Shown: positions 10,211 to 20,741 of the stretch, one piece after another
Layout of the letters: each line of letters begins with the position of its first letter
Position numbering within the stretch: the first letter of the stretch is position 1
IMG/VR virus record: IMGVR_UViG_3300042554_001257
Coordinates: 5,489 to 69,488 of that record
Length of the DNA stretch: 64,000 bases
Source of the DNA: a virus
Strand: one strand, 5' to 3'
Notes under the pieces: model-generated
Database searches by the model: none
What the model was told of the DNA's origin: nothing
What the model saw: only the letters and a program-made list of their open reading frames with translations
Made by a program: the position numbers and the translations under genes

Positions 10211-10792
10211 TTAGAAAGATCCGCAGAAATATGAAAAAGCAATTCCACCACTTCCCATATTTTTATAAGTGGTGCCATTTTCCGAAAATTCCCACTTACC
10301 AGTACTATGATTATATCTTATTTCCCTAGAAGAAGTTACATTACCAGAACCATCAGTAGTTTGAATAACTCTAATACCACCAGTACCAGCAGTAATACTA
10401 TTTCCAGATCTAAGATCAATAGTATTATCCTTTATAGAAAGGTTAACAGTATCAATGGTTGTTGTGGTTCCATTGACCGTTAAGTTTCCACCAATAACGG
10501 CATTACCAGTTACGGTCATTGCACCACCGACCTGAACATCGGTCAGTGTTAATGTATTCGTTACATTAAGATTAGAAGCAGTAATAACCCCAGCAGTGGC
10601 ATTTAGATTGCCAGTAACTGTCAGATTACCACTGTTCGTAAGATTGCCACTGTTCGTAAAGTTACCAGCGTTAGTAATACTACCAGTGCTTGTTACAGAA
10701 ACAATACCCGTCACAGCAAGAGTATTGGTTTCAGGAACAGTAACAACTGTCCCAGTTCTTGATTTAATATTGTCTACTCTTAATGTTGACAT
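10211..10792 (-). CDS. tail-fibre-like protein
   Basis: MSTLRVDNIKSRTG; GNLTVNGTTTTIDTVNLSIKD. Confidence 0.65.
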   Translation of the reverse strand: MSTLRVDNIKSRTGTVVTVPETNTLAVTGIVSVTSTGSITNAGNFTNSGNLTNSGNLTVTGNLNATAGVITASNLNVTNTLTLTDVQVGGAMTVTGNAVIGGNLTVNGTTTTIDTVNLSIKDNTIDLRSGNSITAGTGGIRVIQTTDGSGNVTSSREIRYNHSTGKWEFSENGTTYKNMGSGGIAFSYFCGSF

Positions 10793-10819
10793 CTTGAACT
10801 TACTTTTTAGTTATTTAGA

Positions 10820-11020
10820 TTAGTTTTCTTCTATAATCAAAATACAACCATCACCAACACTCAGTTGAAATCCAGGTTCAACATCAACAGTTACATCCTC
10901 ATCGTGAAGTATAAAGGATGTTTTATAAGGTGGTTCAATATCAATATTAGATTCTATCACATTCTTTTGAGTATCACGAAAAGTATTATCAACAAAACCT
11001 AACTGAACTGGGATTGTCAT
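10820..11020 (-). CDS. small virion protein
   Basis: Shares KNVI(E/D)SNID...VTVD...LSVGDG with the 11017-11418 C-terminus. Confidence 0.55.
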   Translation of the reverse strand: MTIPVQLGFVDNTFRDTQKNVIESNIDIEPPYKTSFILHDEDVTVDVEPGFQLSVGDGCILIIEEN

Positions 11021-11418
11021 ATATCTACAATGCTAAAAAATACTCCATCACCAACACTCAATGTTGACCCAGATTCAATATCAACAGTTACATCTGGATC
11101 AGCATAAATCACAGCAGTTTTTTGTGGTAGATCAAGATCAATATTAGAATCAATCACATTCTTATAAGCAAATACTGTGGCATCATAAACGACTGATGCT
11201 CCACCACCACCAGAAATACTAATATCTACTCGATTATTATGAACTGCAAAAGTATTACCAGTGCCAACAAAGTTCAATGCGGTAATGATACCACTATGAA
11301 TAGCAATACCACCAGAATGAATACCAATTCCCCTAATACCATCGGTAGCAGTAAGAACTCCTACTTGAATATTAGTGGTATCCTTAATAATTCCACCTTG
11401 TATCTTAGTAAGTGCCAT
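11017..11418 (-). CDS. fibre-like virion protein
   Basis: MALTKI; LNFVGTGNTF...DISISGGGG. Confidence 0.6.
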   Translation of the reverse strand: MALTKIQGGIIKDTTNIQVGVLTATDGIRGIGIHSGGIAIHSGIITALNFVGTGNTFAVHNNRVDISISGGGGASVVYDATVFAYKNVIDSNIDLDLPQKTAVIYADPDVTVDIESGSTLSVGDGVFFSIVDI

Positions 11419-11426
11419 AGTTCTAC

Positions 11427-11807
11427 CTAGAAGAGACCAAGAACATTGGTTTGTAAAGTAGTTCCCGATGCTATTCTAAAAGTCGCACCAGAAGCAACTA
11501 CAATATCTGATGCTCTTGTGAATGCTACACTACCTTCATCAGATCCAACTTCAACACTTATAGAAGTTCCAGCAGCAATCCTAAGTTCCTTTGGAGTCTT
11601 AAAGACCTGAAAGAGTGGTGATGATTGACTTGGTGAAAGTGCTGTTGCAAATCCACTCACACCACTAAGTTGAGATCCATCACCAACAAATGAAGTAGCA
11701 GTTACAACACCAGCAAAAGTTGCACCAGAACCAACAATACCACCCGTAAAATTCAACGGGTCTTCAAGTGAGTTACCACCTACTTTTGTGATTCTTGAAA
11801 GTGCCAT
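11427..11807 (-). CDS. fibre-like virion protein
   Basis: MALSRI; GVVTATSFVGDGSQLSGV. Confidence 0.6.
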   Translation of the reverse strand: MALSRITKVGGNSLEDPLNFTGGIVGSGATFAGVVTATSFVGDGSQLSGVSGFATALSPSQSSPLFQVFKTPKELRIAAGTSISVEVGSDEGSVAFTRASDIVVASGATFRIASGTTLQTNVLGLF

Positions 11808-11808
11808 A

Positions 11809-12135
11809 TCAGGTCATCTCCAAGATAGTCAGAGCAACATCAATACTATTATTTGTGTCACTCTGAACCGTAAGAGTATCTGTTGCTTCTAATACAATCT
11901 TATTTCCCTGCATAAACTCCAAAGTTGATCCCTGTGGAATGGGAACATTTTTGAGAAGTTTAATACTATCCGAACTTACTCTACTTACACCTACACCAAC
12001 ATTAATACCAGAACCAGAAGTATTCGCAAGTGTGATTCCAATTACCGTTGTTGTAGTTGCTGCTGGAACAGTATAAACCGAAACCGTAGTCACTCCTACG
12101 TTTGCCTTCGTTTTGAGTTTGAATACGTTCGCCAT
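11809..12135 (-). CDS. small beta-rich virion protein (adaptor-like family)
   Basis: MANVFK...VYTVPAATTT...IPQGSTLE...KIVLEATD. Confidence 0.65.
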   Translation of the reverse strand: MANVFKLKTKANVGVTTVSVYTVPAATTTTVIGITLANTSGSGINVGVGVSRVSSDSIKLLKNVPIPQGSTLEFMQGNKIVLEATDTLTVQSDTNNSIDVALTILEMT

Positions 12136-12140
12136 TTATA

Positions 12141-12911
12141 CTATCCGAATACAATGGAATAAATCAAAGCGTCATCAAGAACGCTACGACCATTAACTCT
12201 ATAAGTTCCTGAGATATTTATATCCCCTCCAACATCCAGTTTATACGCTGGTTGGACGCTATTAATACCAACACTGCCAGTTGAAGGAATAAAAACAAAT
12301 CCAGTTGATGCAATACCAACCGAACTTACACCAGTATTATTCGCAAATGTTGGATATACAGGAGATGCCGTTAAATCCTGAGGAATAACATTAAAAGCAT
12401 TAACCCCTATAAGGTTAGAACCATCACCATAGAATGCAACAGCACTGACAATGCCGGTAGGACCGTACATCGTAATTGCAGATCCAACTTGCAATGTTGA
12501 TTGCGGATTGGTTGTCCCAATACCCAAGTTTCCGGGATTCGGAACAAATACAATCTTATTAGTTGAAATACCAACCGAAGTTACACCAGTATTATTCGCA
12601 AAGGTTGGATATACTGGTGAAGATGTTAGATCTTGGTTAATGACATTGAATGCATTAACCCCTATAAGATTAGAACCATCACCATAATAGACAACAGTTG
12701 TGATTCCAGGTTGAGAAGAAGTTACAATACCTGAGGATGTAACTTTAACCTGATCAAGTATTACATCACCAACAACGTGAAGTTTTGCCTGTGGATTTGT
12801 GGTCCCGATGCCGACATAGGGAGTCGCTGTCGTAGCAATACCAATATTTCTATTGGAGTCGTCTACTATTATAAAACCAGCAACCTGTGACAGCTCCCTA
12901 TTATTTGCCAT
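12141..12911 (-). CDS. tail-fibre-like protein with internal duplication
   Basis: GIGTTNP repeats; two YGDGSNLIGVNAFNV...PVYPTFANNTGV units. Confidence 0.7.
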   Translation of the reverse strand: MANNRELSQVAGFIIVDDSNRNIGIATTATPYVGIGTTNPQAKLHVVGDVILDQVKVTSSGIVTSSQPGITTVVYYGDGSNLIGVNAFNVINQDLTSSPVYPTFANNTGVTSVGISTNKIVFVPNPGNLGIGTTNPQSTLQVGSAITMYGPTGIVSAVAFYGDGSNLIGVNAFNVIPQDLTASPVYPTFANNTGVSSVGIASTGFVFIPSTGSVGINSVQPAYKLDVGGDINISGTYRVNGRSVLDDALIYSIVFG

Positions 12912-12956
12912 TAGAAAGTTATCTTTCTAGTTATTTATTGAACTTCTTTACCCGTA

Positions 12957-13676
12957 TCATTCCAAAATATGATGAGGTACAAATGGCATTTCTGATTTAA
13001 CACCAGAGATCAAATCCTTAATATCATCATACTGATTGCACAGATCATCTTCAACAATTCCATAAGATGGATATAAGGTTTTTACTTCTCCTAAATTTGC
13101 AATTTCAGTTTCATTAATTGAAGTTTTTTTTCCAAGAAGTCCGAATGATTTCACATAGAAATTAGAAAGATCAAAGTTTTTTACCCTATCAATTTCAAAG
13201 TAATCACAAACAATATCAATAGTTTCTTTCTTGTTGCCCAAAAAAGAATTTGTCTCTATCCATAATATTTCAGGAGTATCACTTATCCATTGAATAATAT
13301 TCAACCATATAAAAACAATTTTTTCCAAATCACTATCAAACTGATATTCTTTCAATGACGGATGACAATGATTTAGATGATACTCATACTTCGTAGATAC
13401 TATATTATCAATATAATTTGATGTCTTAATCTTATATAAGTGATGCTTTAATTTCCTATACAGGAATACTTTTTTTCCAGTAAGATGTCCAGAATAGTGA
13501 CATAAAGAACTTTGAAACTTTATGACAGTATTATCGGTTAATTCTTCAATCAGTTTATCATTCTGTATGAGATTATGAATCCAAGACGGTTCAGCATATA
13601 CAACTGTAGAATTTGCAAGCAACGTTGCCATTAAAGTAGAACCACAATGAGACGTATGATATATTTGATTAATCAT
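12957..13676 (-). CDS. sulfotransferase-like protein
   Basis: N-terminal HTSHCGSTL followed by EP, resembling the PAPS-binding loop. Confidence 0.5.
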   Translation of the reverse strand: MINQIYHTSHCGSTLMATLLANSTVVYAEPSWIHNLIQNDKLIEELTDNTVIKFQSSLCHYSGHLTGKKVFLYRKLKHHLYKIKTSNYIDNIVSTKYEYHLNHCHPSLKEYQFDSDLEKIVFIWLNIIQWISDTPEILWIETNSFLGNKKETIDIVCDYFEIDRVKNFDLSNFYVKSFGLLGKKTSINETEIANLGEVKTLYPSYGIVEDDLCNQYDDIKDLISGVKSEMPFVPHHILE

Positions 13677-14316
13677 TTGCTTCTATGCCATCCACATGTA
13701 TTCCAAAAAAATGAGATACGCAATATCTACCATACCCTGAATAGTAATCAGAATCTTCTATTGATACATTCTTAACTCCGTGCTCAATATATGATGGTAA
13801 TAGAATCAAACTATTGTTCATACATTGAAACTCATAATCATCATACTCTGGAAAATAAAGTTCTCCACCAGAAAACTTTCTTGGTTCTTTATGAAAGTAA
13901 CTAAACGCTAAAAAGTCGTGTCTGATATCTGTGTGTGGTTCATAATAATCGCCATCATGATAATATCTTACCTTTGTTCTACAATAATTAATATGATTTA
14001 TTCTTTTATGTTGTGGAAATTTATCATAGAAAATATTCAAAAATCCGTGATTGAATAATTTTTGAGTTACGGTTATAATATTAGAAAGATTTTTATCGGC
14101 ATAGACAGTATCCAGACATAAAGATCTGGATTTTGTCATAAATTCTTGTGTCTCAAAATTCCACGCCCCATGATGCTGACCAGGATCATAAAGTTTTCCA
14201 GGTTTTGTGAGGAACTTTAATTCTTCCCAAATCAATTCTAGTTCTTCGTCAGTGTAAAAATTTTCAATAATCAAATGTGGAAATGGATCTTTTAAAATAT
14301 TAATTCTTCTTTCCAT
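13669..14316 (-). CDS. 2OG-Fe(II) oxygenase (prolyl-4-hydroxylase-like)
   Basis: DPFPHLIIENF; YEPHTD...FSGGELYF...HGV...RY. Confidence 0.75.
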   Translation of the reverse strand: MERRINILKDPFPHLIIENFYTDEELELIWEELKFLTKPGKLYDPGQHHGAWNFETQEFMTKSRSLCLDTVYADKNLSNIITVTQKLFNHGFLNIFYDKFPQHKRINHINYCRTKVRYYHDGDYYEPHTDIRHDFLAFSYFHKEPRKFSGGELYFPEYDDYEFQCMNNSLILLPSYIEHGVKNVSIEDSDYYSGYGRYCVSHFFGIHVDGIEAND

Positions 14317-14353
14317 AATATACCATCTATTCAAATCATTATATCATACTAAA

Positions 14354-14797
14354 TCAACTTTCTGCGTTCCAGGGTCTCCATCCTTCTGAACCTTCAACAA
14401 GATCCCAAGTTAAAGTTTCTTCATTCCACAAATATCTAAAAGTATCTACTGGTTTTTGAACAGGAGCGACAAATCTATTTCTTTCTGTGCTCCAAACCCA
14501 AGAAGGAAATTTTGGCGGCAATGCATAAGTATCATATTCTTCAAGGTAAACATACCCTGGCGAAACAAAAGCATCTCTTTCTGGATCGTAAGTATCTCCT
14601 ATTGCAGCATACTTATATCTAAATTTGTTATTATAAGATGTCTGTATCCAGTTTCTATCTTGACCATACAAATTTTTACAAAACTGAATTCCTACTTGTT
14701 CAGATTCATTTCCATTCTCATCAAGAATATCATCATTTGAAATGACAACTACTTGTGTTACTACGTTATTTTGATCTAATTCTGCGAAATGTGCCAT
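14354..14797 (-). CDS. putative fibre assembly/chaperone protein
   Basis: MAHFAELD...WIQTSYN...YAAIGDTYD...FPSWVW...YLWNEETLTW, a type found next to Gly-rich genes. Confidence 0.55.
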   Translation of the reverse strand: MAHFAELDQNNVVTQVVVISNDDILDENGNESEQVGIQFCKNLYGQDRNWIQTSYNNKFRYKYAAIGDTYDPERDAFVSPGYVYLEEYDTYALPPKFPSWVWSTERNRFVAPVQKPVDTFRYLWNEETLTWDLVEGSEGWRPWNAES

Positions 14798-14805
14798 TGT
14801 TATTA

Positions 14806-15669
14806 TTAATTTACAGTAAAAGTTCCACCAGCAGTGAAGTCGTGAATCACATAATCCGTTCCAGAAACATTTGCGGTGGTAATTGTTCCACCAGTTGCTT
14901 TTGTAGTTGTTCCAGTATATCTCACAATGACTCTTCCAGATCCTCCTGATGCGGAAGTTGTATAGGAATTAGAATTTCTTGCACCACCACCAGTATTGGC
15001 AGCAGGTGAAGAAGTTGTAGTTCCATCACCATTATTTCCAATAGAAGAACTAGAAAGAGTGCCACCAGCGCCACCACCACCAAATGCAACTGTCAACGAA
15101 CTACCACCTCTAAAAGTTGCCAAATCATATCCAGATCCACCAGCGGCGCCATTATTAGGTCCAGCAGTTACACCAGCACTCCCCTTTCCTCCACCACCTC
15201 CACAACCAACAGATGACCTACTTACAAAACTACCACCGCCACCAGCATTTCCCTGCCCTGATGTTCCAGCACCACCAGAAGTAGCATGTCCACCAGATCC
15301 AGATCCACCAGGTTGACCCACTACTCCCACAGTATAGGGGGGATTGAATCCACGTGCTGTTCCATATCCACCACCGATAGCATTACTGGCACCAGTAAAT
15401 GAAGTCACAGACCCATTGTTTTTTCCGCTTCCTCCACCACCTATTGTGACTGTACTGCTACTTCCAGGATTTAAAGTTGCTGAGTAAATATACAATCCAC
15501 CAGCACCTCCTCCACCTCCACCATAAACAGCGAAATCATCATCTGAAGTCGTAAACGTAGTAGATAAAGCAGCATAATCACTGTAAGTTCCACCTCCACC
15601 TGCCATCATAAGAACTTCTATATCTAATGACGTTGTTGTAGTTACAAAAAAGGTTTGAAGTATAGACAT
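14806..15669 (-). CDS. Gly-rich adhesin-like protein
   Basis: AGGGG...GGSGRVIVRY...ATGGTIT...IHDFT. Confidence 0.7.
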   Translation of the reverse strand: MSILQTFFVTTTTSLDIEVLMMAGGGGTYSDYAALSTTFTTSDDDFAVYGGGGGGAGGLYIYSATLNPGSSSTVTIGGGGSGKNNGSVTSFTGASNAIGGGYGTARGFNPPYTVGVVGQPGGSGSGGHATSGGAGTSGQGNAGGGGSFVSRSSVGCGGGGGKGSAGVTAGPNNGAAGGSGYDLATFRGGSSLTVAFGGGGAGGTLSSSSIGNNGDGTTTSSPAANTGGGARNSNSYTTSASGGSGRVIVRYTGTTTKATGGTITTANVSGTDYVIHDFTAGGTFTVN

Positions 15670-15670
15670 A

Positions 15671-16891
15671 TTAGGTTAATCCTCCTCCCATAATTACAAA
15701 TGTATTTGAGGCAACACAAAGAATAGTAGCAACTCCTCTTTGTGCCAGAGTTCTATTTCCAGTCGTTGCTGTTCCAACAAGATACATCGTTACAGAAGTT
15801 CCTTGAGTAATTGTTTGATTACTTGAGGAATTATTGTATATAGATACCGTATCACCTACACTGAATATACCAGAGTTAACTGTAACTCCGCCAGTGGTAA
15901 TAGATATATGCTTTCCAACATCTGATGCGGCAAGAATGTATGCAGAGGTTTGAGCGTTTTGTGGAACTGCACGAACATTTCCAATAGAATCATTTACAGT
16001 AGTTGCAGTAACTACTCCAACTGAAATTCCATTAGATGTGCTGTTTCCTCTATTTGTAACTGAGTTTAAAGTATCAGTTTCAGTGTAAGAGGTTATATAA
16101 GTTGAAGAATCAACAGATCCATCTGCTTTTAGGAATTGACTTGAAGTCCCACCAGATTTGACAAATGAAGTTGCAGTTGCAACTCCAACTGAAATTCCAT
16201 TAGATGTACTATTACCTCTTGAAGTTACATTCGCAAGTGTACTTGTTTCCGTATAAGAAGTTAAGTATGTTGAAGAATCAACAGATCCATCTGCTTTTAG
16301 GAATTGACTTGAAGTTCCACCAGATTTAATAAACGATGATGCAGTAGAAACACCAGAAACACTTAACTGATTTGTAAAAGTTGTTCCAGTAACAGTAACA
16401 CCAGTTCCAATGGTTTCAAATTTTTTATTATCATTATAATAAAGTTCTACTGCACCTCCACTTACGAATTTTGCAAAGTTTTTATTTGTTGAATGTTGTT
16501 GAATATTAATATCAGATCCTGATATGTAAAGAGATCCTGATCCAGTTTCCTCAATTCTACTATCAGTTCCATCATTATAGATTCTCAGATCATTATTATC
16601 ACCAATATTTAAGTTATATCCATTTCTAACACTAATTGCACCTTCAAATGTTGAGACACCAGTTACTGTCAGACTAGTTGCAGAAACTGCTCCACCAACC
16701 ACTGAGGACGATACTCCACTGATATTAGCATAATTTATAGTTCCTGATAGAACCACCCCAGTCAATTGACTTCCATTACCAACAAAGGAAGTTGCACTTA
16801 TAATACCTGCGGTAATATTCCCACCAGAACTTATTGTGGCACCAGTTCCTACCTCAAGTCCGTTTTTGACCCTAAAATTCTGATTAGGCAA
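15671..16891 (-). CDS. tail-fibre protein
   Basis: NFRVKNGLEVG; duplicated KSGGTSSQFLKADGSVD; C-terminal YILAASDVGK...GNRTLAQRG. Confidence 0.75.
   Translation of the reverse strand: MPNQNFRVKNGLEVGTGATISSGGNITAGIISATSFVGNGSQLTGVVLSGTINYANISGVSSSVVGGAVSATSLTVTGVSTFEGAISVRNGYNLNIGDNNDLRIYNDGTDSRIEETGSGSLYISGSDINIQQHSTNKNFAKFVSGGAVELYYNDNKKFETIGTGVTVTGTTFTNQLSVSGVSTASSFIKSGGTSSQFLKADGSVDSSTYLTSYTETSTLANVTSRGNSTSNGISVGVATATSFVKSGGTSSQFLKADGSVDSSTYITSYTETDTLNSVTNRGNSTSNGISVGVVTATTVNDSIGNVRAVPQNAQTSAYILAASDVGKHISITTGGVTVNSGIFSVGDTVSIYNNSSSNQTITQGTSVTMYLVGTATTGNRTLAQRGVATILCVASNTFVIMGGGLT
16010..16330 (-). repeat. 168-bp tandem duplication in a fibre gene
   Basis: 47-nt identical block at 16101 and 16269. 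Confidence 0.8.
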
Positions 16892-16923
16892 GGTTCAATA
16901 TCCCCTTACTTTTTAGGTATTTA

Positions 16924-19900
16924 TCAGACCTTAATCGCAGTAAACTTAATCTTATAACTTGTAGAAGAAGAACTTGTAGGAGTAACGAGCAGTCTCATAT
17001 TACCACCAGAAATATCTACATCAAATGAACCCAAAGAACCATTTGTATAGATGGTTCCATATTCAGTAGGATATGCCAGAGTTCCATTATGGATCGCAAG
17101 AACTTTTGTGACGTGATAGTTACTTCCTTGCGTTGCTTGAATCATATACTCAACTGAACGATAAGAACTTGCACTCAATGTATGAATAGCAGTTTGGGAT
17201 GTTGTTGAGGTTGATGCTGTTACTGTATAATCATTGACCCAATAAGATCCATCATAAGTTAGATTTTCACCTGCTGCTGGTGGAAGAGACAGATTAACAT
17301 CTGAAAGATCATCAAGAAGTGTTGCTCCACTTCCGCCACCACCTCCTCCTCCACCAGTGCTGGTTGTGTTATAAGAAACAAACTCAACAATATCATTAGC
17401 AAATGCGGGGGAGTTTAATGTAACTGATGTACCGTTAGTTGCAACATATTCACTTGCCGTCAACTTAACACCATTTACAAATACATCTAAGAAGTTTACA
17501 TTATAACTGAAACTAAATGATGATTGACCAGAAGTAGCAGTATTAATACCAGTTGTTCTAAGAGTTGGGAATGTTGCCCAAGTTACTCCAACTCCTGTCG
17601 ATTGCAGATATTGTCCTGTTGTTCCTGTGGTTGATCCTGTGCTTACATAACTGTTTAGAACAATTCCATCTTTAAATGTTGATACACCAACAACAGATAG
17701 ACCAGCACCAACAATTGCACCACCATTAAATGTAGATACACCGACAACATATAGACCACCACCAACACTAACATCACTTCTTGCAGTGATGACTCCAATA
17801 GAATCAACATTGGTTACGTCTTCATAAGTTAATGTTCCCGCAATAGAAACATTACCAGTAAATGATGCAGATGTAGCACTTATGTGCCCTAAGGTAGAAA
17901 TGCCAGGAGAAACTGTAAGATTTAAGAATGTTGGTGTATCAGAAACTCTGACCGTAGCAACACCATTAGGTTGAGGATCAGCAGAAGCAATGATGTTATT
18001 GCCTCTGAAATCAAGAGTCGTAATGCTTCCAGAAGTACCTACAACAAGTCCTTCATCATATACATTAAATCCGTTCAGGATATTATTAACAGAGAAAATA
18101 CCAGGAATAGATGCCCATTCCCAAGTGCCAGTACCAGTTGCTCTTAAGATATATTGAGCACCACCAAAATCAATTCCATCTGGTGAAATCTGATTTACAT
18201 CAAGTTTGTTGATGGTTGCGATACCAGCGTTTACATCACCAACAAACTGTCTTGCAGTGGCAACACCAGAAATTAAAGTATCACCAACAACTTGTAATTT
18301 TGCTGTCGGATTTGTTGAACCAATACCAAGATTTCCAAATTCAGGAACATAACCAATTTGAGTTGGTGCAATACCAATCGAAGTAACGCCTGTGCTATTT
18401 GCAAAGGTTGGAAATACTGGTGATGATGTAATATCCTGCTGAATAACATTAAATGCATTAACACCAATCAGGTTAGAACCATCACCATAATACTTAACTG
18501 TGGTTACTCCTGGTTGTGATGATGTGACAATACCAGAAGCGATTGTAACACCATCAATAGTACCGATTCCAGATACAAATAGATTTGTAGCACTAATGAT
18601 TGATGCTGGACCTGTTGCTTCAATGTCACCAACAAACTTTTGTGCTGTTATGATTCCAGTAAAGATTGCATTACCAACAACATTTAACTTAGCAATTGGA
18701 TTTGTTGAACCAATACCAAGATTTCCTGATGTGGGAACGAATCCCATCTCAGTATCGGCAATACCAATTGAAGTAACACCAATGTTATTAGCAAAGGTTG
18801 GATATACAGGAGATGCTGATAAAACTTGATTGACAACATTAAATGCATTAACACCAATCAGGTTCGAACCGTCACCATAATACTTAACAGTTGTTACTCC
18901 TGGTTGAGAAGAAGTTACAATACCACTTGAAATTGTAACACCATCAATGGTGCCAATACCAGTATAATTGAGATTAGTGCCACTAAGATTAGTGATATTA
19001 GCATTGGTGATAGTAGCAACACCAGCATTAATATCACCAACAAATTGGCGAGCAGTGACTACACCATTGAAAATGCCATTATCAATGAATGTTACTGTTG
19101 GTTTAGTGTCAGAGGATAAATTAATTGCCTGATATCCTTGACCACTATTAATTTGACCAACACCAATAGTGCCTTGAAATGCTACATTACCAGTTCCGTC
19201 ATAAACATAGAATGCATTGGTTCCATTTGCCGACTGATAATATCCAGTGCTTGGACGGAAAGAGGAACCTGTTACAATTCCAGTCGCATTCAGTTGAGTT
19301 GTATTGAGTGTCCCATAAACGGTTGCACCAATACCAGAAGTTTCAAATGTTTTTACATTATCATAATAAAGTGCTACTGAACCATTTGAAGTAAAAACAG
19401 CAAGATTTTCTGATGAACTGGAATTTTGAATAAAGTGTGTGCCAGCTCTGTAATAAGTGTTAGATGCATCAATGAAAAGATTTCCAGTTCCAACATCCTG
19501 AATAAAACTATCAAAACTATTATGGAATATTCTTAGGTCATTTCCATCACCAAGATATAGATTTGCATTATCGGCAAGTCTTACATTACTTCTGAATGTC
19601 GATACACCAGAAACACTTAATTGCTTGGAGAATAAAGTATCTCCAGTAACAGTTGTAATTCCAGCAAATGTGGATACACCAGAAACATTTAAATTCCCAG
19701 TGAGAACTGCATTACGAGCATTAAACTCATCAAAGAAAATATCATCCTTTACATAAAGATCTCCACCCACATAGAGATCGCCACCAGTTGTAGTAATACC
19801 ACCATTTGAAGCGAGAGTGGTAATACCAGTTACATTTAAATTATTGGAAAGATTCAGATTAGGGGCACTGATTGTATCATCAGTAAATTGAATTCCCTTA

Positions 19901-20733
19901 ACTGCAAAACGAACTCCGTTTGGAACCAGAGTTGATCCAATACCAACTGCATAGTTAAACATCCAGGCATCGGTTGTCCCAATACCATAAGAGTTTGCAC
20001 CAACCCACATTAACTGCTTGTAGGTTGCTGGTAAACTACTAAATCCAGTAAGAGCAAGATTAACTAATGGGGAACCTTCGGTAGAAGCGATTGCAATACC
20101 GCCGTGATTAGCAGTAATATCATTTGAGACATCATTCCCAAAAGCATCAGTCGTGATACCAAGAGTAATTTCTTTGTCAAAGATTCTTAAATCCTGAGCA
20201 CTAATAACTGTTGTGGTTCCACCAATACTCAGATTTCCTGCAACATAAAGATTGTTATGGAATACTGCCTGAGTATCATAAACATCAAAACCAGTCTGAA
20301 CATTCAGGTTTTGAATTGTTGCAATACCAGTTACATTTAGATTATCTAATGTAGTCCCATTGACAACATCAAGACCAGCATTTGCATCAATAGATCCATT
20401 GAATGTAGAAATACCAGATGCTAAAAGATTTCGTGTGGTAATGTCTTCACCAATTGAAGCACCACCAGTAACATTTACACCACCAACATAAAGTTGATTC
20501 TGAACATATAAACTATCTCTAAATGTTCCGACACCGACAAATGTAGATGCCCCACCTACATTGATATCACCAGCAATATTTGTTGACCCAACAACAAACA
20601 AAGAGTGGTTTTGTGCGTTTGTTGTTCCAATCCCAACCTTACCGATAGTCTGTAAGACTGTGCGATTCTCGGTAACTGAGGTAATACCAAGATTAAGATT
20701 CTGTTGTCTACCGCTCTTATATGGTTGGGACAT
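16924..20733 (-). CDS. long tail-fibre protein (1269 aa)
   Basis: Many GIST/GIGSTNP repeats; GTLTYEDVTNVDSIG; C-terminal YRSVEY...TEYGT domain. Confidence 0.8.
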   Translation of the reverse strand: MSQPYKSGRQQNLNLGITSVTENRTVLQTIGKVGIGTTNAQNHSLFVVGSTNIAGDINVGGASTFVGVGTFRDSLYVQNQLYVGGVNVTGGASIGEDITTRNLLASGISTFNGSIDANAGLDVVNGTTLDNLNVTGIATIQNLNVQTGFDVYDTQAVFHNNLYVAGNLSIGGTTTVISAQDLRIFDKEITLGITTDAFGNDVSNDITANHGGIAIASTEGSPLVNLALTGFSSLPATYKQLMWVGANSYGIGTTDAWMFNYAVGIGSTLVPNGVRFAVKGIQFTDDTISAPNLNLSNNLNVTGITTLASNGGITTTGGDLYVGGDLYVKDDIFFDEFNARNAVLTGNLNVSGVSTFAGITTVTGDTLFSKQLSVSGVSTFRSNVRLADNANLYLGDGNDLRIFHNSFDSFIQDVGTGNLFIDASNTYYRAGTHFIQNSSSSENLAVFTSNGSVALYYDNVKTFETSGIGATVYGTLNTTQLNATGIVTGSSFRPSTGYYQSANGTNAFYVYDGTGNVAFQGTIGVGQINSGQGYQAINLSSDTKPTVTFIDNGIFNGVVTARQFVGDINAGVATITNANITNLSGTNLNYTGIGTIDGVTISSGIVTSSQPGVTTVKYYGDGSNLIGVNAFNVVNQVLSASPVYPTFANNIGVTSIGIADTEMGFVPTSGNLGIGSTNPIAKLNVVGNAIFTGIITAQKFVGDIEATGPASIISATNLFVSGIGTIDGVTIASGIVTSSQPGVTTVKYYGDGSNLIGVNAFNVIQQDITSSPVFPTFANSTGVTSIGIAPTQIGYVPEFGNLGIGSTNPTAKLQVVGDTLISGVATARQFVGDVNAGIATINKLDVNQISPDGIDFGGAQYILRATGTGTWEWASIPGIFSVNNILNGFNVYDEGLVVGTSGSITTLDFRGNNIIASADPQPNGVATVRVSDTPTFLNLTVSPGISTLGHISATSASFTGNVSIAGTLTYEDVTNVDSIGVITARSDVSVGGGLYVVGVSTFNGGAIVGAGLSVVGVSTFKDGIVLNSYVSTGSTTGTTGQYLQSTGVGVTWATFPTLRTTGINTATSGQSSFSFSYNVNFLDVFVNGVKLTASEYVATNGTSVTLNSPAFANDIVEFVSYNTTSTGGGGGGGGSGATLLDDLSDVNLSLPPAAGENLTYDGSYWVNDYTVTASTSTTSQTAIHTLSASSYRSVEYMIQATQGSNYHVTKVLAIHNGTLAYPTEYGTIYTNGSLGSFDVDISGGNMRLLVTPTSSSSTSYKIKFTAIKV
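18230..18960 (-). repeat. tandem 390-bp duplication in the long fibre gene; related units at about 12315-12730
   Basis: gttgaaccaataccaagattt at 18314 and 18704; aaatgcattaacaccaatcaggtt at 18451 and 18841. Confidence 0.8.
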
Positions 20734-20741
20734 TTCTGATA

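Noticed and set aside
5562-20733. CRISPR array or diversity-generating retroelement from the repeats in fibre genes
   Set aside because: Repeats are in-frame coding duplications with no spacers, no adenine-specific variation seen, and no cas or reverse transcriptase gene in the window.
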